Positions 11,857 through 22,792 of a DNA stretch of 33,566 nucleotides are shown piece by piece. A program made the translations under genes and the position numbers. The stretch lies in the NCBI RefSeq assembly GCF_001194135.2, contig NC_068988.1:51619092-51652657 (forward strand), given 5' to 3'. The stretch is from Octopus bimaculoides. Its lineage: Eukaryota. Within the stretch, counting starts at the first letter, position 1, and each line of letters begins with the position of its first letter. The notes beneath the pieces are model-generated. The model made no database searches. It was not told the DNA's origin and saw nothing but the letters and a program-made list of their open reading frames with translations.

Positions 11857-12063
11857 CAACAGTATAAATTTTGAGTCACTAACCATATAATCATATACTA
11901 CACTAATATTGTGAAATGGAAGTCAGCAACTAAGAGTTGAAATGTCTTGATTAATACATCATTAGTTATCAAGTGTTCAAACAGTTTCACCAATGTGCTG
12001 ACAATTCTGATTGCAATCATGGAGGTCAGTTGAAACCTTGACTAAATATCAATAAAACAATAC

Positions 12064-12072
12064 CTGACCAGA
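12064..12072 (-). CDS. Candidate 9-nt microexon (speculative)
   Basis: Minus strand: catattctcag|tctggtcag|gtattg. Confidence 0.15.
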
Positions 12073-12151
12073 CTGAGAATATGTGAGTTGTGAAGGGAGT
12101 TTTAATTGGTTGTTCAACATGCTAAAACTAGCAGCTAAATATCCCTCCACA

Positions 12152-12468
12152 TATCTTTTACTTGTTTTGGGGCACTGCTTTGAAAGGTTTAATAAAATAA
12201 ATATTTTATTGGTCTCTTTTGTTGAACTGCTAGATTACAGGAACATAAACCATCACTGGCTGTCAAACAGTGCTGGTGGACAAGCATAATGACACACGCA
12301 CACTCACAGTGGGCTTCCACACAGTTGTTTCCATCTACCAAATTCACTCACAAGGCACTGGCTGACCCAGGGCTATAGTAGAAGACACCTGCGCAAGGTG
12401 TCACACAGTAAGACTGAACCTGAAACTACGTGGTTGCAAAGCGAGCTTCTTAACTAAACAGTCATGCC
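12152..12468 (-). mobile_element. SINE family B (tRNA head plus CORE-like domain, OR2-like)
   Basis: Minus strand AGGCATGACTGTTTAGTTAAGAAGCTCGCTTTGCAACCACGTAGTTTCAGGTTCAGTC...CCTTGCGCAGGTGTCTTCTACTATAGCCC. The CORE-like CCTTGGGCAAGT motif and the 3' end ACAAGTAAAAGAT are shared with 27893-28259. Confidence 0.85.
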
Positions 12469-12525
12469 TTCACTTACTCTACTATATAAAAAAAAATTAA
12501 GACCTTGTCATATGATACACAACGC

Positions 12526-12620
12526 CTGAAGAGAAGACAGGATGGTCATGAATAGAATATCTTGCATTATACATTTCTTCAGTCAGGGCTGACAGAGGTC
12601 TAAATAACAATAAACAATAA
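12526..12620 (+). mobile_element. SINE-like family D, 3' fragment
   Basis: GAAGACAGGATGGTCATG...CAGGGCTGAC...CTAAATAACAATAAACAATAA. Confidence 0.6.
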
Positions 12621-12881
12621 CATACAGTTTATGCCAAATGGCCGTCAAACCAGCTGTCCATCTCCCAAGTCTCTCTTTGACACAGATCAAAATCAATGAG
12701 TTGTGATGTTAAGTAAAGAGAGAGCTACAAAATGAAACAAGACAGTATTATTTGGAGATATAGTTTGAATGACTATGCAAGGTAACATATGTTACTAGTT
12801 GAAACTTAGAGTTTACTTAATTTCATAGTGCAAAGGTATGCAATTATCTATTTAGAAAATTCTAAGATTTACAATGCTTAC

Positions 12882-12899
12882 ACACCTACGCACAATCAG
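12882..12899 (-). CDS. Candidate 10- or 18-nt microexon with tandem donors (speculative)
   Basis: Minus strand: atatgttttcag|ctgattgtgc|gtaggtgt|gtaagc. Confidence 0.2.
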
Positions 12900-14401
12900 C
12901 TGAAAACATATTTGCAATTGGATATCAATTTTATTTTTACATAGGTAAAAATGCTTCAACATTAAAAGAGAATACACAATTTTCATATTCATGTTCTGCC
13001 TTAGAAAATTAGAATAGTGAAAAATCAACATATAGTAATGTGTTTTGAAGATATTTGTGGTGAGATTAGGAAAGTTTTGAAATATCTATACTACAATTGA
13101 GGATATAAATTTTATATATCAAATTTCAAATGGTTTCATTTCTGATTTCATTTGAAGCTATATGGTAATTCCAGTCAGTTCTGATCAAGAAGACCTTTGT
13201 ATTGCAGTCTACAGATTCACTATACACTTCATCACATACAATATTCTACAGATTCACTATTCTTTCCATCATACATCAGTTTGATGTTCCATTATATCAA
13301 TATGAGCTAAAGAGAGCTTTTATATGGTTGTCATCACCAAAAACAGCAACCAAATCTTCCTCAAATTACACCAGCATATTGAACAAATTTCTCTATGTGC
13401 ACACACCCCACCACCCAAGGCTGACCTCAGGCAACACAACATTAAATATGTCTCCAATGAAATAATGTAGTCATAATCTCCCCAAAGCACAACACTGTAT
13501 ATACCCTAATTACCACAATTTAAAGTTCAGTTTCTCACAAAAGCAAATGAAGTACTTAATGAAGAATCCTTTCATCCTACAATACATGGAAACTTAGGTG
13601 ACATAAAATATCAGCTTTAATGAAAAGGTTTCATTCAGCAAATAGTTTACTAGTTTACTGGCTCAAGGAGGCGAGTAAGTTAGGAGTGGAGAAGCAGTGC
13701 ACATGCCCTTAGCAAGCCATTCTAAATTGGTAATTGATGCAGCTGATGCCAGTTGCAGATCAACGCTTATAGAAAAAAAAGCGGCAGAATGCTTACAAGA
13801 GAGTGAATACTGCTAAAGACACCAAAAGCCAGTCAGTGGTGGTGTTGAACTGGGTAGCATGTTCAGTAGTTTATCACCTAACTTGATCAACTTAACTTTA
13901 CTGACCTGGATGAAGTCACACTGAAATATCATTTCGGAACTATATGCTAGCAAGGAAGATACAACAAAACATCTTATCTGAATGTCTGCAGTCTATGCTA
14001 AATTCACTGTAGTAGCATCTTGATAAAAGTAATGGTTTCTTAATAATACATAAACTTCCAGCATTATAAATGAAAAGAGAAATCAAGAACTCAATGTTGA
14101 AAACATACGAGTAGAACATGTAAGTGAATAGCAATTTTATTTTCTCTCTGATTCCAAATCTGCCCCACTTGATAGAATAATGTATTTCTAATTGAACATA
14201 AGGAGATAAATGATAAGATGTGGTGTTTCAAACTTTTATAAGCACATTAATGCAATAACTTTTCCAATCAGGATTCTAAAGCAATTTGAATATTTAACAG
14301 AATTCTACAACAGCTGCCACAACCATAATAAAACAAGGTCTGAAATAAGATCAGAAATTGCTCACTATGCAAAAAATATCAAAAAGGAAATAGTCCTGTT
14401 A

Positions 14402-14412
14402 NNNNNNNNNNN
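14402..14412. other. Assembly gap (N-run)
   Basis: Run of n. Confidence 1.
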
Positions 14413-14419
14413 CCCCCCC

Positions 14420-14452
<33 letters not shown>

Positions 14453-14454
14453 GT

Positions 14455-14834
14455 GGAGGCGCAATGGCCCGTTGGTTAGGGCAGCGGACTCGCGGTCATA
14501 GGATCGCGGTTTCGATTCCCAGACCGGGCGTTGTGAGTGTTTGAGCGAAAACACCTAAAGCTCCACGAGGCTCCGGCAGGGGATGGCGGTGAACCCTGCT
14601 GTACTCTTCCACCACAACTTTCTCTCACTCTTTCTTCCTGTTTCTCTTGTACCTATATTTCAAAGGGCCAGCCTTGTCACACTGTGTCATGCTGAATATC
14701 CCCGAGGACTACGTTAAGGGTACACGTGTCTGTGGAATGCTCAGCCACTTGCATGTTAATTTCACGAGCAGGTTATTCCGTTGATCGGATCAACTGGAAC
14801 CCTCGACGTCGTAAGCGACAGAGTGCCAACAACA
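14455..14834 (+). mobile_element. SINE family E, tRNA(Arg)-like head, full length and young-looking (OR1-like assignment tentative)
   Basis: GGCGCAATGGCCCGTTGGTTAGGGCAGCGGACTCGCGGTCATAGGATCGCGGTTTCGATTCCCAGACC contains an A-box (TGGCCCGTTGG) and B-box (GTTTCGATTCC). CpG-rich; ends GAGTGCCAACAACA. Confidence 0.88.
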
Positions 14835-14835
14835 G

Positions 14836-14870
14836 AATAATGATAATAATAATAATAATAATAATGATAA
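14836..14870. repeat. (AAT)n microsatellite
   Basis: Directly visible. Confidence 0.95.
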
Positions 14871-14877
14871 TATACCG

Positions 14878-15065
14878 TCACCATCATAATAAGTGCTTTC
14901 CATGATGGTATGGGTTGGACGATTCAACAAGATCCAATGGGCAGGAGGACTACGTCTTGCTCCAAGATCTTGATTTTGGCTCTGTTGCAACAGCCGAATA
15001 TCCTTACTACTACCAACCACTTCACAAATTCTACTGGGTGCATTTTTCCGTAAACCAGCACTATA
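14878..15065 (-). mobile_element. Family C ((ATG)n-tailed) repeat, degraded variant
   Basis: CTTTCCATGATGGTATGGGTTGGAC...CCAACCACTT...TACTGGGTGCATTTTT matches the reverse strand of family C. Confidence 0.6.
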
Positions 15066-15240
15066 AAGCTTGACTTGCTCTTGATAAAGCTAAAGAGTCC
15101 TTTTAAACCCTAAATTGTCTCTGCTTCATTTGCCAACAAGATTCTCACAATAGTTCAGTTGTTAATCAGGACTGTAGTAAATTGTTATATGTCATTCTCT
15201 TTTTTAAAGTCTGCTTTTTTCATGAGAAGATATAACAATC

Positions 15241-15395
15241 ACACATAAACAATGGGCTTCTGCACAATTCCATTCACAAAGCAATGGCCAACCCAAGGTC
15301 ATAGTAGAAGACATTTGCTTAAGGTTCTATACAGTGAGACCAAACCTAGAACCATGTGGTTACGAAATGAATTCTCAAATCACAAAGCTATGCTT
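15241..15395 (-). mobile_element. SINE family B (tRNA plus CORE), 5' half, degraded
   Basis: ATAGTAGAAGACATTTGCTTAAGG...GAACCATGTGGTTAC matches the reverse strand of the family B head. Confidence 0.75.
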
Positions 15396-15651
15396 GTGGG
15401 CACAAGCACACACACATATACATATGCCCACATCAGCTATTGAGTCGATCAGAAAGACAATGACCTTTTAGTTGAGACAGTGTTTTGATAATTAGCTGTC
15501 ACATGACTGTCATTATCTTATTAAAATTTATAAAACAAGATCAAAAGTATCTCCATATACTCTTCCCACTGCACCCAGTCTCTTTTTGCACAGAAGATAA
15601 ATTTACTATACAAAAATTGTAAAATTTCTACTTAGAAAATTTCTAACTTCA

Positions 15652-15930
15652 TCATCATCATCATCGTTTAATGTCCGCTTTCCATGCTAGCATGGGTCCG
15701 ACGATTTGACTGAGGGCTGGCAAACCAGAAGGCTGCACCAGGCTCCAATCTGATCTAGCAGAGTTTCTACAGCTGGATACCCTTCCTAATGCCAACCACT
15801 CCAAGAGTGTAGTGGGTGCTTTTACGTGCCACCGGCACGTGGGCCAGTCAGACAGTACTGGCAATGGCCACGCTCAAAATGGTATTTTTTATGTGCCACC
15901 TGCACAGGAGCCAGTCCAGCAGCACTGTCA
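15652..15930 (-). mobile_element. Family C ((ATG)n-tailed) retroposon with two ~66-bp 5' subrepeats
   Basis: CATCATCATCATCGTTTAATGTCCGCTTTCCATGCTAGCATGG...CAGCTGGATACCCTTCCTAATGCCAACCAC...; two GTGCCACC...GCCAGTC units. Confidence 0.9.
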
Positions 15931-15964
15931 ACGACCTTTTCTAAAAAGGCCATATGTATATTCA

Positions 15965-16110
15965 AGCAGGAGTGCATTCAATTTAATCAACCCCAGTATT
16001 AAATTGGTACTCATTTTTATTGAAATCCCACTTCTCATAAGGATGAGAAGCAAAGTCAACTTTGAAAAGATTGATTCAAGTGCAGAACCTGCTAAGGAAT
16101 ACTCAGGCAC
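15965..16110 (-). mobile_element. SINE family A, degraded fragment
   Basis: TCAACCCCAGTATTAAATTGGTACTCATTTTTATTGA...GGATGAGAAGCAAAGTCAAC. Confidence 0.65.
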
Positions 16111-16296
16111 TATCATTTCTACAACTCTTAAATGAGCTACAAAAAATATCAGCAGACTGTTGTTGAAATACTAGATAATTTAAAGTACTTTGATCAGAGC
16201 AAAATGATAAAATCTCTCCTGTCAAGATAAACAAAGATCAACAAGCTAGTAATTTAACAGAAGAGAACAAAAGAGGGAGCATCTACGACATATTCA

Positions 16297-16452
16297 CTTG
16301 ACCTGGTAAAAATAGCAGCCAAATCTCCTTCCATGGCATCTTACCATCTTAAAAAAGACACACTGGTCAATATAGTCTTAAATATATAAAATGGTGAGAA
16401 AGGTATAGTTGGATTGCCACTGATCATAGATCAGCTTCACCAGAAACAACAA
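16297..16452 (+). mobile_element. SINE-like family D copy
   Basis: TTGACCTGGTAAAAATAGCAGCCAAATCTCC...TCTTAAAAAAG...TGATCATAG...AAACAACAA. Confidence 0.7.
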
Positions 16453-16618
16453 TGACAGATAAGTTTAGTATAAAAGAATAATGTGTTCTTTTGAAAACCA
16501 CAGTAAAATGTGTTTTCTGTAGTTGGAACTTGAAATATCAACATTTCTTATTGAATCCAATACTACTCAATTGGAAATCTGTCTCTTAACCCATATTCTG
16601 TAGTCAGATCTTGATCTG

Positions 16619-16620
16619 CG

Positions 16621-16659
<39 letters not shown>

Positions 16660-17190
16660 NNNNNNNNNNNNNNNNNNNNNNNNNNNNNNNNNNNNNNNNN
16701 NNNNNNNNNNNNNNNNNNNNNNNNNNNNNNNNNNNNNNNNNNNNNNNNNNNNNNNNNNNNNNNNNNNNNNNNNNNNNNNNNNNNNNNNNNNNNNNNNNNN
16801 NNNNNNNNNNNNNNNNNNNNNNNNNNNNNNNNNNNNNNNNNNNNNNNNNNNNNNNNNNNNNNNNNNNNNNNNNNNNNNNNNNNNNNNNNNNNNNNNNNNN
16901 NNNNNNNNNNNNNNNNNNNNNNNNNNNNNNNNNNNNNNNNNNNNNNNNNNNNNNNNNNNNNNNNNNNNNNNNNNNNNNNNNNNNNNNNNNNNNNNNNNNN
17001 NNNNNNNNNNNNNNNNNNNNNNNNNNNNNNNNNNNNNNNNNNNNNNNNNNNNNNNNNNNNNNNNNNNNNNNNNNNNNNNNNNNNNNNNNNNNNNNNNNNN
17101 NNNNNNNNNNNNNNNNNNNNNNNNNNNNNNNNNNNNNNNNNNNNNNNNNNNNNNNNNNNNNNNNNNNNNAAAGAGAGATAGAGAAAAGAG
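16619..17190. other. Assembly gap 16660-17169 flanked by (TG)/(TA)n and (GA)n microsatellites
   Basis: N-run between microsatellites; source of all X-filled ORFs in 16563-17309. Confidence 1.
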
Positions 17191-17899
17191 ATAACTGCAA
17201 TTCCAGTCAGTAATACTCTTGTTCCCTCTTCTGTGATTTTGCTACCTATAATAAACAAGCTCAATCTTGAAAAACAGATATTGAAAAGGATTATTTTTAA
17301 ATCACACACTTCTTTGGCTGTTATTAACCTTGTGAGTGTTTGAAAACTTCCTCATCCCCACCCCCCACCAAGACCATACAATATCTGTCACAAGAGTTCA
17401 TTTGTTCCCCATACTAAGAACATATTTAGATGTGTGCTCAGTGCTAGATGAACTGATCCCTAGTTGACTAGAACTGATTGTGGTTATACAACAGTAAATT
17501 AGCTGTTGATGTCATTTATCCATTCTATGAGATTTACTCTTCAATACCAAAGTTAAAGATACATAATCTTTCTAGAAGCACTAGATTAATTCTGTAATAT
17601 AATTGGATTGACCTCAGTATAATACTGGTATCTATGACTACTTCAGGATCAAAGAAAAAGTCAATGTCAGTAGGAATTGAAAACTTATGAGGTACTACAA
17701 AACTTAATGAAATTTCTCTTGTATAGGCCAACAAAATAAATATTTAGTAAATATTCAAAGGCTGCACAAAGGACAAGTTGATCTGTCAGTAAAAATACAC
17801 CTTACTTTACTCTTGTTAGGGTATATTAACATTAAATATATAAACAATCATCAACATTATAAAATATATTCAAGTTTTTATACAATTCATTTTCATACA

Positions 17900-18400
17900 T
17901 TTTAATCATATTAAGAATATCTCAAAATAAAAGATCCTGTAAATAAACAGATAAAGAAGATCCAACAAGAGAAAACAAGAGATCATATAGAACATCAGAT
18001 TTGATGAGAGAAATGCTCTCGTATTGTGTAGAATACAAAAGGATAGAGGATGTGGCACACAAAACAAGCCATCACCTGAAGTGATTGTACAAAGAAGAAA
18101 ATAGTTCATGCAATTAGTGAAATAAATAACTGAAACAATTTGTTCGTCAAACAGCAACAAGTCTGGAAGATAATGCAACAGTGTGATACAGAGGATAGAT
18201 GGTTAAGATCGCTTAGAATCCACTGTCCACACACAGAACAAGAAAAGAAAACACACAGGTAGTTGAGAAGATGATGAATGGAAATAACTATAAAATTTGT
18301 CAGTTTGATATCCAGATGAAATTGGGAAGGTTGGAAAAGTCGATTAAATACTTGAAAACCTATCATCAGTTCAGTCCTAAGTGAAGATAAATTATATAAT
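17900..18400 (+). pseudogene. Decayed C-terminal part of an RLE-type non-LTR retrotransposon (R4/Dong-like)
   Basis: Frameshifted pieces occur in the expected order: EKCSRI/VEYKRIEDVAHKTSHHL (cf. ECSKLAQxEYKRRHDNVARIVHW), VWKIMQQCD (cf. ILWDFxIQCD), and CQFDIQMKLGRLEKSIKY (cf. CPFDTRIxEKExEKxEKY). There are many stops; the alignment was done by eye. Confidence 0.5.
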
Positions 18401-18610
18401 TAAATAAAGAATCTAACAGTTCAACAGACAATTGTGGTTTGATAAAGAATTAAAACTGACAGCATAAACCTATTGTTTTATTCATTTTCCCAGGCTTCCA
18501 TGAGTGGAATAAACAGAGATATCTTGGACCTTCATTTTTTGGTGGGTTTTTTTGCAGCCACCTCATGCTCCCTTCTGTGACCAACCCAACCATGAAGTAA
18601 AATTAGAGCC

Positions 18611-18798
18611 TGTTTTGTTATTTTAGCCCCAGGAGATGTCTCAGAGCTGATATATGAACAAAGCAAATTTAGTCATGACCATCAAGTCTTCTTTTCAAAA
18701 CTGACAAACTTAATACATTATCCAATGCGACCTTCTAGCTTTAAGATAACAGGGTGTAATTTGATGGAGACTTGGCAACTATTTATAGTGGGATGAGC
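18611..18798 (-). mobile_element. SINE-like family D copy
   Basis: TGTTATTTTAGCCCCAGG...AGTCATGACCATC...CATTATCCAATG...GGGTGTAATTTGATGGAGACTTGGC. Confidence 0.7.
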
Positions 18799-18809
18799 AA
18801 CTGCACAGA

Positions 18810-19032
18810 TACCAGTGTCACACAAATTGGCACCAGTGCTGGTGGCATGTAAATGCACCCCGGTGTCATACAAATGACAAGTAAAAGAACCCATTACACT
18901 CTTGGAGTGGTTGGCATTAGGAAGGGCATCCAGCCATAGAAAACTATGACAAATCAGACTGGAATCCGGTGTAGCCTTCCAGCCCAGTCAAACCATCCAA
19001 CCCATGGGCAATAGACATTAAATGATGATGAT
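18810..19032 (+). mobile_element. Family C ((ATG)n-tailed) retroposon
   Basis: GAGTGGTTGGCATTAGGAAGGGCATCCAGCCATAGAAAAC...CATCCAACCCATG...CATTAAATGATGATGATG. Confidence 0.88.
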
Positions 19033-19246
19033 GTTAGTAGGCCAGTACCTTCATCTCATGGATGAAAGGACCAATGTTTTTAGTTTCTTTACAAAAGCAC
19101 AGGGGGTAAGTTCCAACTTTTCTGGATAGGATGCGTAATAATATCTGTTGATGTTTTATTTCTCAAAGTTTTAACCAAAGCCCAAATATAAGGTTGAACA
19201 AAAGCTGCGAACACCAAAGTACATATATATAAACGAGATAATTTAC

Positions 19247-19276
19247 CTTTTGAATTATAAGTGACGTAGTTCATAC
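19247..19276 (-). CDS. Candidate 30-nt exon that begins with a 5' splice consensus (recursive-site-like; speculative)
   Basis: Minus strand: tattttttcttctgattgcaacttactaacag|gtatgaactacgtcacttataattcaaaag|gtaaat. Only the phase-1 frame is open: (G)MNYVTYNSK. Confidence 0.3.
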
Positions 19277-19630
19277 CTGTTAGTAAGTTGCAATCAGAAG
19301 AAAAAATACAAAAAACAAATTTATCATTAAAAATATTTAAAATCTACGAATTTAAATCATTGATGACTGTGCCTTCAAATTTAGAGGAGAGATGCTGCAA
19401 TAATGGGGATTCCAAATTTAGAAAGTAAATATAGAATATAGATTTGAAGGAGAGATCAAAGTTATTAATGGAGGTAAAATCGATTTCAAATCTTGGCACA
19501 GGGTCAGTAATGATGATTATATTGAAAGATAGTAAAAATCATAATGTTGGTAAGCAAACAAGTTGTCCAGTTGCATTGAAATGTAATACCAGTATAGACT
19601 GTTGATTTCTCACAAAAATGGGGGGATCAA

Positions 19631-19720
19631 TGTTGTTAACACAGGTCAACTACAATTGAGCAGACCTATAACCAAAGACATTCCAGCATGATGATTCCAT
19701 CTTTTTGTATATCTAGAATC
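19631..19720 (-). mobile_element. SINE-like family D, 3' fragment
   Basis: TGTTGTTAACACAGGTCAAC...GAGCAGACCTATAACCAAAGACATTCCAGC. Confidence 0.6.
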
Positions 19721-20029
19721 GATGTGTCATTCCATTTTAAATTCAGTAAGAGTTGATTTGAGAGATTTGGTTGTTATTTCAAGCAAATCAAATGACTGCT
19801 GATAGCTCCTTAGTCGACTCACATGAGGAATAATGTAGATAATAATGAGAGTAATATAAGAAGTATTGAAAACATTCAAACGAAATGATATAAGTAAGAA
19901 AAAAGACACTGAAGGACATTTATAAATAAACTAATTAGACTATACACACAGTAAAGTGATATTATTATTATGAGCATTATCATTACTAGCATAAAGACCT
20001 CTCCAAGTGTTTCTGCTGGTAATAATAAT

Positions 20030-20217
20030 TGTTTCAAATTTTTGCCCCAAGGATAGCTTGGGGGAGGTGTGGATGAGTCGATTACATTGACCCCAGTTTT
20101 CAACTGGTACTTATTTTATCAACCCTGGCGGAATTTCAACTCGGAACATAGCAATGGGTGAAAAAACTGCTAAGCATTTCGTCCAGCATGATAGTGATTC
20201 TGCCAGCTCACTGCCTT
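20030..20217 (-). mobile_element. SINE family A, near full length
   Basis: GTTTCAAATTTTTGCCCCAAGG...GTCGATTACATTGACCCCAG...CTGCCAGCTCACTGCCTT. Confidence 0.9.
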
Positions 20218-20252
20218 CTGCTAGTAATAATAATGGTAACTAGTTTTATATA

Positions 20253-20449
20253 TATATATTACATACATATAAGAGGAATGACCACGAGATGGACTCTAAA
20301 TTTGCTAAATGTAAACCCCATTTACATTCTGGCGTTTGCTGAATTTTCTTGAGAATAATTTTTCTTAGTGGCCAGACCATATGGGGTCTACATTTAGCAT
20401 ATTAAGAGTCTACCTAGTGGTCATTCCTCTTATATGTATGTAATATAAT
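20253..20449. mobile_element. MITE with long terminal inverted repeats in TA-rich flanks
   Basis: 20253-20322 is the reverse complement of ~20381-20449. The outer 33 bp (TATATATTACATACATATAAGAGGAATGACCAC) are perfect, with ~6 mismatches in the inner arm. Confidence 0.8.
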
Positions 20450-20543
20450 TTTCCGAATCTTCAGATTTTTTTCAATATGCTAGGCCATTGGTTTAAATTG
20501 ATATTAATCTAATTAATATCAATTTTTTACCCTTATTATTTAA

Positions 20544-20547
<4 letters not shown>

Positions 20548-20602
<55 letters not shown>
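20548..20602. repeat. (TA)n microsatellite
   Basis: Directly visible. Confidence 0.98.
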
Positions 20603-20603
<1 letters not shown>

Positions 20604-22118
20604 CTGGAACTGCAGATCAAGGTTTAAGACTTAGTCCTTTCAGAAGTTTCTCATCTTCCTCCATAAGCAACTTCATACACATTGCTTTTTTAACATCAGT
20701 AGTTTTTATTGCTTGAAACAACCTCAGTTGGGTTTAAACCAGAGAAATATAATTAACTTAATTGAGAAAAGCATCTCACTTAACATTTCCTAATTCTCCA
20801 TGACTAATATCACAATAACAGTACAATCTCTACTATTAAATTATATTTAGCAATGCAAATGCTTAAACAGCATTCATGTTCTATTTTTCAGTTGTACATT
20901 AATAGTGCAGAGTGCTTAGAGTATTAAAGAGTATTAAAACATGTGAGACAAGTACGATACTTGCACAAGTAAATTTAAGACCAGAGTTCTGGAGTCAAAA
21001 TTCTGGCCAGATTGACTTACCCTTTCATCCTCCTGTATGACCTAAGTTAAGAGTTACATCAACTAAGGAGAGAAAGTAAAAAGTGAAGGAGTGGAATTTA
21101 CAGTTTAATGTAATAATTAAGTTCAAGAACAAACCTAAAATGGGTTTACAAGGCCAGCAAGTGACCACCACAATCTCTTTTGTGTAAGTATATCAGTCTG
21201 ATGTAGCCTATACTGCACCAAGTTATGCTCAAGGGAGGATTTTGATAGAACCCTCAACAATTACATACTGCCACAGAGTTTCTCAACAATGAGCTGTCTC
21301 ACCCATGAAACAACATGTTTACAATTACATGGACTGATCTACTGAAACTAGTGCGTTATGCTTATGGACCTACAGGAGCATTGAGTAACAGAATATGAAC
21401 TGGTCTGCAAAAACTATACCACACTAATGAAACTATGATTAAGACAGTAATTCTGACCTAGAAAAAGCAATTAAAATATTGTATGACAGAATTAGATTGT
21501 ACCATTTGAAACATTAATAAAGTGCTGTATAAAATTTCTAATTAGTAATAGCTAAATTATAAATAAGCACATACATAAACATTTAACAAACAACCACAAT
21601 AGGTGTCAAACCCAAACAAATGAGTAAAACAGCAGTGTAGAAGTAATGAAATAGCAATATGTGACAAATAGAAAGGAACAAAAGGAATGAGTGAGTAATC
21701 AAAAAGTCATTATATTATCACTAACTCTAATGGCACTTCACTTAATGACAGTCAACTACATTGCCAGACTTTAAATTCCTAAATGACTACTCAAGAAATA
21801 TGGGAACTCTTATAGGACACATACAAAAATGGCCATTAGTTTTCAAAACCCATGAAGTCAATTCCAAGCTCCATATTGATACCTTTATGGCTTGAACTAA
21901 TCCCCTAGACCTGTAGCTTTGTCAATAACCATACCATGTCTTGTCGATATTAACCTATTAAATTTTCTAATCTCTCAATTATGCTTTCAATATGGATTTG
22001 TCATAATTCAAAAACATTTTCCCTTCAAACACATACATATCTATGCAAACACACACACATACACAAATTGATACAGTACCACTTCTATGCCATCACACTT
22101 AAATAGACATGTCCAATA

Positions 22119-22300
22119 ATGAAGAATTTTGAAATTAACAGCGAGGTATTTAACACCTGGTCAACCCTAAATGAACTGACCAACAGTAAAAAAAACATTC
22201 CAGTTATTAACATCCTACCAGTTTGTACAACTGGAACAACTGATGAAATTGAAGCTAGTGTAATGCAGAAACTTATGAGAAAGATTCATAGTGTGGTACT
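22119..22300 (+). pseudogene. Possible L2/CR1-type LINE ORF2 linker remnant
   Basis: NTWSTLNELTNSKKNIPVINIL...TTDEIEASV resembles the KxTWxxINELxxxKK...ITDxxEIA segment between the endonuclease and RT. Short and judged by eye only. Confidence 0.3.
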
Positions 22301-22792
22301 CAACACAAAGGACTGTATATATCTGTTACAGTGTTTGGGACTCAGACAAGAGTAATGGGTTGTAGTGAAGAGAGTGAATACAGCCAAAAATTCCATACAA
22401 AAGAAATTAAATCTTATTTTTGGTATTACAAGTAATATCTTGACTATTGTGGGTGTTACGTTCCACCACCCCACCCCGGTGAAAATCCAAAGTAGAAACT
22501 ATATATTTTTTAATTATTTTTATAATTTTTATATATTTTATTATAAATGTAAAACAACACCACAGAGGAAATGACGTAAGCTTAAATAATAAACCACGAT
22601 AGGTGAACTGCAATATGGCGTGGGATAACTGTATTACACTTAAGTTTCTTTATTATATACCAACATACCTGAGATAGCCCTTAGTTCTGAGACTATGTCT
22701 TATTTCAAAAGACTCGACTTACTCCATTTATAGTAAATTCTACTGTTGATTGGATTTACAATTCGACTTTTTTTTATGTTCACAATTGTTAA

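Noticed and set aside
11587-11890. Overlapping 99-aa and 75-aa ORFs, and the GTAAGT donor at ~11722
   Set aside because: They coincide with a family D repeat copy; the poly-K stretch is its internal A-run.
13208-13260. 16-bp direct repeat with 21-bp spacer (CRISPR-like look)
   Set aside because: Only two units, the spacer resembles the downstream sequence (37-bp tandem duplication), and the context is eukaryotic.
14455-14530. Possible tRNA-Arg gene
   Set aside because: No proper acceptor stem or cloverleaf, and it continues into a SINE body.
16563-17309. Longest ORF-track entries (185-248 aa)
   Set aside because: They are almost entirely X from the N-gap plus (TA)n-derived YIYI; not genes.
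19822-19907. 86-nt minus-strand exon candidate with a GTGAGT donor
   Set aside because: Low-complexity T-rich sequence giving hydrophobic pseudo-peptides in two frames; no further support.
22664-22682. Second AG|GTATGT recursive-like site on the minus strand
   Set aside because: It lies in a MITE family 2-like fragment and lacks a pyrimidine tract.
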